This document shows, one piece after another, positions 43,508 through 51,563 of a stretch of 64,000 nt of DNA. How positions within the stretch are numbered: position 1 is the stretch's first letter; each line of letters begins with the position of its first letter. The translations under genes were made by a program, and so were the position numbers. The stretch comes from Nitrososphaerales archaeon. GTDB lineage: Archaea; Thermoproteota; Nitrososphaeria; Nitrososphaerales; Gagatemarchaeaceae. The stretch spans positions 1,641-65,640 of the forward strand of contig JBEKJM010000003.1 in the NCBI GenBank assembly GCA_050011215.1. The letters are read 5' to 3'. The notes below the pieces were generated by a model, which ran no database searches, had not been told where the DNA came from, and worked only from the letters and a program-made list of their open reading frames with translations.

Positions 43508-44446
43508 ATGACTCATCCTGCACCGGCTATTGAGGCCGAGGGACTGACCAAGAAGTTCGGTGACCTCACCGCGGTCGATGGCGTGACCTTCCGAGTCGAG
43601 GAGGGAGAGGTGTTCGGATTCCTGGGGCCCAACGGGGCAGGAAAGACCACCACGGTGAGGATGCTGTGCTGCCTGATATCGAAGACAAGCGGCGAGGCAA
43701 GGATAGGGGGCTACCAAGTAGGTAACGAGGAGGACTCTCTGAAGATAAGGAAACTCATCGGATTTGTTCCTGACAATGTGGGCCTCTACGATGGTCTCAG
43801 CGCCTACGACAACCTGGACTTCTACGGGAAGCTCTATGACTGCACAGAACAGCAGCGGAAGGAGAACATCCAACGCTTCCTCACGATGCTTGGACTCTGG
43901 GAGAAGAAAGATGTAGCAGCAGGGACCTTCTCAAAAGGGATGAAGCAGAAGCTTGCGATTGCACGGTCCCTCATCCATGACCCTCAGATACTCTTCATGG
44001 ACGAGCCCACAGTGAACCTGGACCCCGAATCGTCGAAGACGGTCAGGGATTTCATCCTCGAGCTCAAGAAGGAGAAGAGGACGATCTTCCTGAACACGCA
44101 CAACCTCGACGAGGCTCAGAGGATCTGCGACAGGATTGCGATACTGAACACCAAACTGATGGCGATTGGCACCCCGGCTGAGCTCGAGCGGTCGGTGAGC
44201 GGCAGAAAGACCGTGATTCAGCTGGAGCAGGTGAACGATGCGGTTCTTGTTGCTCTCAGGAAGCTACCAATCGGGAACCTGGTCGTCGACGGCAGCAAAC
44301 TGACAATCGACGTGAAGGACCCCGAGAAAGAGAATGCCGCCATAGTAGACGCGGTAGTTCGAGCGGGCGGCCACCTTCAGTCCGTCACCATTGTCGGCTC
44401 GACACTGGAGGACGCCTATCTGAAACTCGTGAGGGAAGCCAAATGA
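43508..44446 (+). CDS. ABC transporter ATP-binding protein (ABC-2 exporter type), copy 1
   Basis: Walker A GPNGAGKTT, signature FSKGMKQKL and Walker B LFMDEP. ATGA overlap with the permease. Confidence 0.9.
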   Translation: MTHPAPAIEAEGLTKKFGDLTAVDGVTFRVEEGEVFGFLGPNGAGKTTTVRMLCCLISKTSGEARIGGYQVGNEEDSLKIRKLIGFVPDNVGLYDGLSAYDNLDFYGKLYDCTEQQRKENIQRFLTMLGLWEKKDVAAGTFSKGMKQKLAIARSLIHDPQILFMDEPTVNLDPESSKTVRDFILELKKEKRTIFLNTHNLDEAQRICDRIAILNTKLMAIGTPAELERSVSGRKTVIQLEQVNDAVLVALRKLPIGNLVVDGSKLTIDVKDPEKENAAIVDAVVRAGGHLQSVTIVGSTLEDAYLKLVREAK

Positions 44447-45189
44447 GGCTCTCCAAATCGTGGATCATCGCGTCCAAGGACTTCAAGACGTTCAGGAAAA
44501 AGAGGACCATAATCTACTCGTTGGTGGTCGTCCCTCTGATCATCGCCGTCCTCATCCCGGCCGTTATAGAATACGCGGGCCACAAGAGTGGCGGGACCGG
44601 CATCCCTGCGGCATCCCTGCTGATACTTCTTCCCGCCTTCGCCTTCTTCTACGTCATCCTCGCGGCGTATCTCCCAACTCCCATCGCCTCCTACACCATA
44701 GTGGGCGAGAAGGTGGAGAAGAGCCTGGAGCCGCTGCTGGCGACGCCCACGACGGACAGCGAAATCCTGCTTGGAAAGGGGATCGCGGCCTTCCTCCCAC
44801 CCATTGGAGCAGTCCTGGGAGGGTCGGCGGTCTTCATGACTCTCATGGACCTTGCGACCCGGAGTACGTTGCGTGGTTACTACTTTCCCAACTGGGGCAC
44901 TGGTATCGAGCTCTTCCTTTTGGCCCCGCTCGCGGCCCTACTGAGCGTCCAGGTGAACGTCATCGTTTCGTCGAGAATGAGCGACGTCAGGACCAGCCAA
45001 CAACTCGGGGCCCTTACGATTCTGCCCTTCGCCGGGCTTTATGTGGCGGGCGAGCTCAAAATAGTTGACCTCGGCTCGACGTCAAACCTCCTCATCATCG
45101 CAGCCGCCCTTCTCGTGGTGGACGTGCTCCTCTTCTTTGTCTCGAGAGCCACCTTCCGCAGGGAGGAGATCTTGACAAAATGGAAGTAG
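44443..45189 (+). CDS. ABC-2 family permease, copy 1
   Basis: 6-TM protein with the conserved GEKVEKSLEPLLATPTTDSEILLGK loop. Confidence 0.8.
   Translation: MRLSKSWIIASKDFKTFRKKRTIIYSLVVVPLIIAVLIPAVIEYAGHKSGGTGIPAASLLILLPAFAFFYVILAAYLPTPIASYTIVGEKVEKSLEPLLATPTTDSEILLGKGIAAFLPPIGAVLGGSAVFMTLMDLATRSTLRGYYFPNWGTGIELFLLAPLAALLSVQVNVIVSSRMSDVRTSQQLGALTILPFAGLYVAGELKIVDLGSTSNLLIIAAALLVVDVLLFFVSRATFRREEILTKWK
45097..45189 (+). repeat. 93-bp inverted repeat, left arm (3' end of permease copy 1)
   Basis: 90/93 identical to the reverse complement of 45948-46040, with the first 65 nt perfect. The rest of the paralogues is visibly much more diverged. Confidence 0.85.
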
Positions 45190-45230
45190 CATGAATAGCC
45201 CGAATCAGGCTTATTCTCACCGACAGAGTC

Positions 45231-45265
45231 CATTCTGAGCTTATTTCTGGTGCGGCCTCCGGGAT
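45231..45265 (-). repeat. orphan copy of the tRNA-Gly 3' end plus trailer (att-like direct repeat A)
   Basis: CATTCTGAGCTTATTTCTGGTGCGGCCTCCGGGAT matches 48208-48242 at 31/35. It contains the last 18 nt of the tRNA (..AUCCCGGAGGCCGCACCA). Confidence 0.75.
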
Positions 45266-45585
45266 GCGCAGCGATAATGTTGCTGGAGTGGGATTCAGAT
45301 GAGGGATTATGCCTCTGATGACTCGGACTCGCGTCAGACTCGGTCCAAAATGTGATGATTCGGAAGGCCAAGGGTTTGGGCCGGAAGGTACCCATCCGGA
45401 TATCCGTATGGAACCTGTTTTTCTCGTGGACATGCTTGATCAATTCAGTTCTAACATTGGCTTCATTATTTATGCCCCCACCCGATTGTGACAAGGCTAT
45501 GCGATTGTGCGTTTGAATCTCACTGGCCCCATCCTATTTACCGTTCATGATGGTGTTACTGCTGCAGAGCGCTATATCCTCGGTT

Positions 45586-45957
45586 TCAGGTGCTCGAACT
45601 CCGCGCTGGCTTCCCGTCCACGAGCACCTTCAATTCCCTCCCCTTTACAAATGCGACCAGGGGCAAAGTCATTCCTAGGCTGACTTCGACCTTGTGTACC
45701 TCAGAGCTTCCTACGTCGAAAGAGAATTTCTTCGCACCGAGCGAGTAGTAGTATTCATCGGCCAGCTTCTCTCCGTCCAGCTCGATGCGGATATGCTTCA
45801 TTACCCTGTCCCTATCTACTGTGAGTATATGCTTCTCCTTCTCTCCAACTTCGAAACTGGATTTGGCCACGCGTCTTGCGAAGGGTGAAGGAACATAAAA
45901 GAGATTCGCGCCGTCCAAATTTTGGACCGGCTTCGAAGCTGAGGCGCCTACTTCCAT
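45586..45957 (-). CDS. hypothetical protein downstream of ABC copy 2
   Basis: 123 aa. Its ATG overlaps the permease-2 stop (..AAA TGG AAG TAG). Only this C-terminal part of the 357-aa track ORF is credible. Confidence 0.45.
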   Translation of the reverse strand: MEVGASASKPVQNLDGANLFYVPSPFARRVAKSSFEVGEKEKHILTVDRDRVMKHIRIELDGEKLADEYYYSLGAKKFSFDVGSSEVHKVEVSLGMTLPLVAFVKGRELKVLVDGKPARSSST

Positions 45958-46040
45958 TTTGTCAGTATCTCCTCTCTGCGGAAGGTGGCTCTCGAGACAA
46001 AGAAGAGGAGCACGTCCACCACGAGAAGGGCGGCTGCGAT
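45948..46040 (-). repeat. 93-bp inverted repeat, right arm (3' end of permease copy 2)
   Basis: See the left arm. Both arms encode the identical C-terminus ..IAAALLVVDVLLFFVSRATFRREEILTKWK. Confidence 0.85.
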
Positions 46041-46676
46041 TATCAGCAGGTTGCCGGCGTCTCCGAGGTTGATTAGGCCCAGTTCTCCGGAGGCGTACAG
46101 CCCAACGAATGGAACGATGGCCAGGCCACCCAGTTGCTGTCCAGCCCTGACGTCGGTCACCCTCGAGGAGATGATTACGTTCACCTGCACGCTCATCAAC
46201 AACGCGAGCGGAACGAGCAGGAGCAGGACCAGGGCCGAATTCGGGTCTGGGAAGTAGTAGTAACCGAGCTTGCCCTTGGTGGTCAGGTCCATGAGAATCA
46301 TGAAGAGCGCGGATCCTCCCCAAAGCGGTGCCAGCGGCGGAAGGAAGGCAGCTATCCCCTTCCCGAGGAGGATCTCGCTGTCCGTCGTGGGTGTCGCAAG
46401 GAGCGGCTCGAGGCTCTTTTCGACCTTTTCTCCGACGATGGTGTAGGAGGCGATGGGGGTCGCGAGGTACGCAGCCAGGATTACGTAGTAGAAGAGGAAC
46501 GCAGGCAGAAACACAACCAGCTCGGCAGGGGACTTGTGGGCGACGTAGCCTATCACCGCTGGAATGAGGACGGCGATGAGAAAGGGAATGACGAACAACG
46601 TATAGATGATGTTCTTCTTCTTGCGGAGGGTCTTGAAATCCTTCGCCGCTATGATCCACGACCTGGCGAGCCGCAC
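45948..46676 (-). CDS. ABC-2 family permease, copy 2
   Basis: Paralogue of 44443-45189 with the same GEKVEKSLEPLLATPTTDSEILLGK loop and an identical C-terminus. Confidence 0.8.
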   Translation of the reverse strand: MRLARSWIIAAKDFKTLRKKKNIIYTLFVIPFLIAVLIPAVIGYVAHKSPAELVVFLPAFLFYYVILAAYLATPIASYTIVGEKVEKSLEPLLATPTTDSEILLGKGIAAFLPPLAPLWGGSALFMILMDLTTKGKLGYYYFPDPNSALVLLLLVPLALLMSVQVNVIISSRVTDVRAGQQLGGLAIVPFVGLYASGELGLINLGDAGNLLIIAAALLVVDVLLFFVSRATFRREEILTKWK

Positions 46677-46680
46677 GTTC

Positions 46681-47613
46681 CTAACTCCCTCCTTCCTTCA
46701 CCAGCTTCAGGTATACGTCTTCTAGCGAGGCGCCGACTATCGTCGCGGACTGGATGTGTCCTCCGGCCTTGGATATCGCCTCGATGACATCGGCGTTCTC
46801 CTTCTCAGGGTCCTTCAGCTCGATTGTCAGTTGGTTCCCTTCCGCCGTGACGTTCCCTGATAGCCGTCTCACTCCCGCCAGTATCGCGTCAGTCGCTTGC
46901 TCCTGGAGCAGCACGACCGTCCTTCTGGTCCCTCCGCTGCTCAGCGATCTCTCGAGCTCCTGCGGGGTACCCGTCGCGATGAGCTTGGTGCTCAGGATTC
47001 CGATCCTGTCGCATATCCTCTGGGCCTCGTCAAGGTTGTGCGTGTTGAGGAAGATGGTCTTCTTCTCCTTCTTCAGCTCGAGGATGAAGTCCCTGACCGT
47101 CTTGGCGGACTCCGGGTCCAGGTTGGCCGTGGGTTCGTCCATGAAGAGGAGCTTTGGCTCGTGTATGAGGGCGCGCGCGATGGCGAGCTTCTGCTTCATC
47201 CCCTTGGAGAAGGTTCCGGCCACGGCGTCCCTCTTCTCCCACAGACCCAGCATCGTCAGGAATCGCTGGATGTTCTCTTTCCGCTGGGCATCCGGGCAGT
47301 CGTACAGCTTGCCGTAAAAGTCCAAGTTGTCGTAGGCGCTCAGGTCCTCGTAGAGGCCCACGTTGTCCGGTACAAGGCCGATGAGCTTCCTGATCTTGAG
47401 CGCGTCGGCTTCCTTGCCGACGTCATAGTCTGCTATCCTCGCTTCGCCGCTCGTCTTCGAGATGAGGCAGCAGAGCATCCTCACAGTTGTCGTCTTGCCT
47501 GCGCCGTTGGGACCGAGAAAACCGAAGACCTCGCCATCGTTGACGTTGATCGTAACTGAGTCGACGGCCGTGAGGTCGCCAAACTTCTTGGTGAGATTCT
47601 GGGTCTGGATCAT
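46681..47613 (-). CDS. ABC transporter ATP-binding protein, copy 2
   Basis: High identity by eye to copy 1 (LTKKFGDLTAVD, GPNGAGKTTTVRMLCCLISKTSGEARI, NIQRFLTMLGLWEK). Confidence 0.9.
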   Translation of the reverse strand: MIQTQNLTKKFGDLTAVDSVTINVNDGEVFGFLGPNGAGKTTTVRMLCCLISKTSGEARIADYDVGKEADALKIRKLIGLVPDNVGLYEDLSAYDNLDFYGKLYDCPDAQRKENIQRFLTMLGLWEKRDAVAGTFSKGMKQKLAIARALIHEPKLLFMDEPTANLDPESAKTVRDFILELKKEKKTIFLNTHNLDEAQRICDRIGILSTKLIATGTPQELERSLSSGGTRRTVVLLQEQATDAILAGVRRLSGNVTAEGNQLTIELKDPEKENADVIEAISKAGGHIQSATIVGASLEDVYLKLVKEGGS

Positions 47614-48029
47614 AGCGCACCATGACTCAGGCCCGATAAGCGGAACATGCCCAGAGAACGGGAGCAGAGAATCAAGAAGAACCTCGAGTCCTAGTCCATT
47701 TCCATTTCAATACACTACCCACAACTATTACAATTACAGTAAGGACGACAACTAAGACGATTTGGTGAGTACTAATCAATTCATACGACCCAGTTTTAGA
47801 ACCTTCCATCCCCAGATAAATGCAATTCGGCTGGTACAAGATTTGTACCAAGCAGATCGGCCGATAATGCAATCCCCTCCGCGCTCATCGCCAGCACTAT
47901 CCATTCCTAATGAATAATTCAAATCCAAAGAACGAAAGTATACTGGTCGAAGCTCACCGGTCCTACCAATTAACTCGGTCTCGTCCTCCCGAGTTCAATG
48001 ATCGACCCGGCAGGGATCGCCAGCCAGGT

Positions 48030-48056
48030 CAAGGGTTCGAATCCTTGGCTTCTACA
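48030..48056 (+). other. tRNA-like T-arm/acceptor fragment (plus strand)
   Basis: CAAGGGTTCGAATCCTTGGCTTCTACA has a GTTCGAATC T-loop consensus. I could not build a full cloverleaf from the upstream sequence. Confidence 0.3.
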
Positions 48057-48126
48057 AGGGGTTCCGAACGAGCTCGAACATCGCTTAACTTGACAAACGG
48101 AACTCATTCTAAGCTATTTTTGAACA

Positions 48127-48156
48127 GTGGGCCGGAAGGGATTCGAACCCAGTGAC
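48127..48156 (-). other. tRNA 3'-half-like fragment (minus strand)
   Basis: The minus strand reads GUCACUGGGUUCGAAUCCCUUCCGGCCCAC. No matching 5' acceptor strand is present. Its trailer (..AAUAGCUUAGAAUG) resembles the tRNA-Gly trailer. Confidence 0.4.
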
Positions 48157-48207
48157 AGAATGTTGTTTAGAATGGCTCAGATTGGGCTATTACAACGAAT
48201 TGGAGTT

Positions 48208-48242
48208 CATTTCGAGCTTATTCTTGGTGCGGCCTCCGGGAT
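48208..48242 (-). repeat. direct repeat B (3' end of intact tRNA-Gly plus trailer)
   Basis: CATTTCGAGCTTATTCTTGGTGCGGCCTCCGGGAT, in the same orientation as repeat A, 2,942 bp away. Confidence 0.75.
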
Positions 48243-48317
48243 TCGGACCCGGGCGAACGGCTGTCTCCTCTCCGCGATTGGGAAGCCGCTATCCTAACCA
48301 GGCTGGATCAAGGCCGC
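48225..48317 (-). tRNA. tRNA-Gly (anticodon CCC) with 16-nt intron and encoded CCA
   Basis: Acceptor GCGGCCU/AGGCCGC, D arm AUCC-AGCCUGGUUA-GGAU, anticodon stem GCGGC/GCCGU with UUCCCA + 16-nt insert at 37/38, T arm CCGGG-UCCGAAU-CCCGG, and ACCA. TATA CGTTTATAGT lies ~29 nt upstream. Confidence 0.8.
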
Positions 48318-48374
48318 GCCACCATGCCCTAGAATGGAAATACTATAAACGAAGCCATCCTGGACAGGTCCCGA

Positions 48375-49235
48375 ATGAATCGGGACTTGATGGCCGAGGT
48401 TGTACCCCGGCTGAAGGGACTGACCCAGGGTGGGTATGAGAGGGAGTACCGGCATCGTGGGAGGCTTTTCAAGACAAGCACACACCAGCTCATCGCGGAC
48501 CTTCTCGATTCCCTAAGAATCCCATTCAAGGAGAACGTCCAGATCCCCGGCGCTGGTTCAATGGCCGCCGATTTCCTGGTCAATGAGATCTGGGTCTTCG
48601 TGGAAAGATCCCTCAGCAGGACGGAGATGCGGAGGCTGAGGAGAGTCGGCAGGAACTGCGTCTTCATCAGCAGGGATGCCTTCAGAAGTGATGGCTCAGA
48701 CCACGGGATACGGGTCCTGGGCCTCGAAGAATCGGGCGGCCTCCAGACCATCTTCCTGGACGACCCTTCATTCAACTTCGACTATGCGCACATCCTACCC
48801 AGGACCAAGAAGTGTTCCGTGATGCACGGGCACACGTCGTCAGCCTTGGTCGAAGTGGTCGGACGGCCAATCGACGGCATGGTCGTCGACTTCGGGGTCG
48901 CGAAGGAGATCATTCGGGACGCAATCAGGAGCCTCGACCATAAGCTGTTCATCAATGAGAGATATGTCACGAGGATGGACGCGAAGAGCATCACCCTCAG
49001 GTTCAAGACTATCCACGGAGATTTTGCGATTCAGGCCCCCAAGCCCACGACCGTCCTGCTGTCAGGCGAGGCCACCGTCGAGAACCTCGCAAGGGAAGTT
49101 GTATCTAGGATAGCGCCCCGGATGCCAGGGAATGTGACGGCGGTGGGGGTCTACGTGTACGAGGGACTAAACAAGGGGAGCCACCTGCTGGCACAGATCC
49201 ACCAAGACAGTGAGAGGCCACGAAAGAAGCCATAG
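48375..49235 (+). CDS. queD: 6-carboxytetrahydropterin synthase (QueD) with ~135-aa uncharacterised N-terminal extension
   Basis: The C-terminal half has FNFDYAHIL..KKCSVMHGH (Cx3HGH zinc/catalytic motif). The N-terminal half (..AADFLVNEIWVFVER..) has no canonical start between the domains. Confidence 0.75.
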   Translation: MNRDLMAEVVPRLKGLTQGGYEREYRHRGRLFKTSTHQLIADLLDSLRIPFKENVQIPGAGSMAADFLVNEIWVFVERSLSRTEMRRLRRVGRNCVFISRDAFRSDGSDHGIRVLGLEESGGLQTIFLDDPSFNFDYAHILPRTKKCSVMHGHTSSALVEVVGRPIDGMVVDFGVAKEIIRDAIRSLDHKLFINERYVTRMDAKSITLRFKTIHGDFAIQAPKPTTVLLSGEATVENLAREVVSRIAPRMPGNVTAVGVYVYEGLNKGSHLLAQIHQDSERPRKKP

Positions 49236-49873
49236 TGCTTCTCTCGGGTGGCATAGACTCTGCGACCTGCGTCCGGCTGATGAAAGAGAGATACAACGTT
49301 CGGACCTTGACTTTCGGGTACCACGGCATGGCAAGAAGGGAGCTGGAGGCGGCCCGGGCAATCGTTCGAGCGGCGGGCATCAGCGAGCACCGCTTCGTCA
49401 GGCTTCCCGACCTCTTGGAGGCGGGCGACATCAGGAGAGTGACCTTCGTAGGCGTGCCGTCCACCTACATTCCGATGAGGAACAGTATCTTCTACTCCCT
49501 AGCCGCATCTTACGCCGAAGAGGTAGGCGCGGACTTCATAGTTGGAGGACACAACAAAGAGGACGTCAGGACCTTCGCAGACGCGGCACCGGCCTTCTTC
49601 GACGCGCTTCAGAGGGCATTCCGAGTGGGTTCGCCCATTCTCAAGAAGAGGCGGACGAGGATCTTACTACCCTTGTCAGAGAAGACGAAGGCTCAGGTGG
49701 TCAGGCTCGCCTCTTCCTTGGAGGTACCTCTGGGACTGACCTGGAGCTGCCATGGAGAAAGCGGGAACCACTGCTGGGAGTGCGATGGGTGCCGTGCAAG
49801 GATGGCAGCATTCGAGAAGGCGGGCGTCGTCGACCCCTTGAGAGAACCAGGTGAAGCGGGGAAAATTTCATAA
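49235..49873 (+). CDS. queC: 7-cyano-7-deazaguanine synthase
   Basis: LLSGGIDS PP-loop and the C-terminal zinc motif WSCH..CWECDGC. The GTG start overlaps the queD stop by 1 nt. Confidence 0.9.
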   Translation: MLLSGGIDSATCVRLMKERYNVRTLTFGYHGMARRELEAARAIVRAAGISEHRFVRLPDLLEAGDIRRVTFVGVPSTYIPMRNSIFYSLAASYAEEVGADFIVGGHNKEDVRTFADAAPAFFDALQRAFRVGSPILKKRRTRILLPLSEKTKAQVVRLASSLEVPLGLTWSCHGESGNHCWECDGCRARMAAFEKAGVVDPLREPGEAGKIS

Positions 49874-49887
49874 GCAATCGGGAATCC

Positions 49888-50649
49888 GTGATGATACCTT
49901 TGGTGTCCAAAGACCACCGCTCACCAGGCGCTCTCGAGTTCATCGATACCACAGCGGACGTCCAGTCCGAGTCATCCCACCTGCCGGTGGTCGCGGGAGT
50001 CGCAAACCTGAGGGTCATGTTCAGCGCTGGTCGCCTGAACATGCCGGTTGACCTTTCCATCCAGACCTCGACGGGACTCCACAGGGGCGTCCACATGAGC
50101 AGGCTCGTCAGGGCCGCGAACAACCGGAACGCGACGGGCATGGAGGAGTGGCTGAGGTGGATCTGCAGGGAGGTGAACAAGACGCAGCCGGGCACCTCGG
50201 TGACCTCTACGTTTGAGCTTCCGTACGACGACCAGTTCGCCCGCATGAGGATAAGGACGACGGAGAGGGGTGCGCTCACGTACATGTTCAAGGTGAGTGG
50301 GATGACTGCGTGTCCTTGCAGCAAGAAGATGGTAGGCGTGGGGCATATGCAGAGGGCAGAGATTTCGGTGGTCCTGAGGAGTAGGAAGACCCTCGACTCG
50401 CTGAGGGTGATTGGCCGCATCAACGAGTGCTTCTCCGCTGTCCCCAAGGAAGAGATGAAGAGAGTCGAGGAGGCGAAGAAGATCATGGAAGCACAGGCGA
50501 ATCCTAAGTTCGCCGAGGATCTCGTGAGGGAGTGTGTCGCCAGGTTCCCCGACGCCGAGTACGTGAATGCGAGGACCTTCGAATCTATCCACCTTCACGA
50601 CGCGGTGGCGACCTGGTCGGCGCGGCCGGGTTGGATGCCCGCGATGTAG
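49888..50649 (+). CDS. folE2: GTP cyclohydrolase FolE2/MptA family
   Basis: HRGVHMSRL and MTACPCSKKM motifs of the type IB/IV GTP cyclohydrolases. The queD/queC context favours the preQ0 pathway. Confidence 0.75.
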   Translation: MMIPLVSKDHRSPGALEFIDTTADVQSESSHLPVVAGVANLRVMFSAGRLNMPVDLSIQTSTGLHRGVHMSRLVRAANNRNATGMEEWLRWICREVNKTQPGTSVTSTFELPYDDQFARMRIRTTERGALTYMFKVSGMTACPCSKKMVGVGHMQRAEISVVLRSRKTLDSLRVIGRINECFSAVPKEEMKRVEEAKKIMEAQANPKFAEDLVRECVARFPDAEYVNARTFESIHLHDAVATWSARPGWMPAM

Positions 50650-50701
50650 CTACGGGGAAACCATCAGCTTAAATCGACAAGAGTCAGCCAAACCCAGACG
50701 G

Positions 50702-51559
50702 ATGTCCGAGCTTCTCGTCGGTACGTCAGGCTGGTCGTACAGTGAATGGACAGGCGTCTTCTACCCGAGTTCCAGCACCAACAAGCTATCCTTCTATTCG
50801 AAGGTCTTTGGGACCGCGGAGATCGACTCCACGTTCTATGCATACCCGTCGAAGGGCCTCGTCCTTGGATGGTCCAGGTACTCTCCGGAAGAATTCATCT
50901 TCTCAGCGAAGCTGCCGAGGGCGATAACCCACGAGAAGAGGCTGGACCTGAGCAGGGGAGCCGAATCCGATCTGCTCAGGTTCCTTAGCCTGATGAAGCC
51001 ACTCATCGCGACAGGGAAGCTGGGGCCCGTCCTGATCCAGCTCCCTCCCAGCTACTCCTACGAGGAGGACTTCGGGAAACTGAAGTCGTTCCTGGAGGTA
51101 GTACCTGACGACGTCAGGTTCGCCGTTGAATTCCGCCATCCTTCATGGCTGAGAGATGAAGTCTGGTCGCTCCTGAAGTCGAGGAACGTGGCCAACGTGA
51201 TAGTCGACGAACCCCTGCTGCCCCCGGAAACCGTGGTGACCGCCGACTTCGCCTTCATCAGATGGCACGGGAGAGGCACGCGCCCCTGGTACAACTACAG
51301 GTACACGGAGGCAGAGCTCAGAAAGTGGGTCCCGAAGGTGAAGGAGGTATCGTCGAGGGTGAACAGAACCTTCGGATACTTCAATAACCACTTCAGGGGC
51401 TTTGCGGTGGAGAACTCCCTAAAGATGATGGGGATGCTCGGAGTCTCGACGCCGGAGCAGGACGAGGCGGGAGCCAAGGCCTCAAGGTTCCTTGAGGGCG
51501 GAGGCAGGAGGGAAGGAGAGGGGAGCATGCTCGAGTACGTAGGCGGGAAGGGAGTGTGA
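50702..51559 (+). CDS. DUF72-family protein
   Basis: MSELLVGTSGWSYSEWTGVFYP..., FGTAEIDSTFY, VLIQLPPS and FRHPSW. ATG 50702 is preferred over the track start. Confidence 0.85.
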   Translation: MSELLVGTSGWSYSEWTGVFYPSSSTNKLSFYSKVFGTAEIDSTFYAYPSKGLVLGWSRYSPEEFIFSAKLPRAITHEKRLDLSRGAESDLLRFLSLMKPLIATGKLGPVLIQLPPSYSYEEDFGKLKSFLEVVPDDVRFAVEFRHPSWLRDEVWSLLKSRNVANVIVDEPLLPPETVVTADFAFIRWHGRGTRPWYNYRYTEAELRKWVPKVKEVSSRVNRTFGYFNNHFRGFAVENSLKMMGMLGVSTPEQDEAGAKASRFLEGGGRREGEGSMLEYVGGKGV

Positions 51560-51563
51560 GTCC

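Noticed and set aside
45958-46659. Upper part of the 357-aa minus-strand ORF 45586-46659.
   Set aside because: It is an alternative frame of the ABC-2 permease copy 2 gene with a low-complexity Arg/Pro/His translation. Only the last 123 codons, beyond the permease stop, are plausible.
47941-48060. A complete, possibly multi-intron tRNA on the plus strand ending at the T-arm 48030-48056.
   Set aside because: The candidate acceptor pairing (UCGAAGC/GCUUCUA) has a mismatch, the D-loop would be 16-18 nt, and no anticodon arm could be formed by hand. It is reported only as a tRNA-like fragment.
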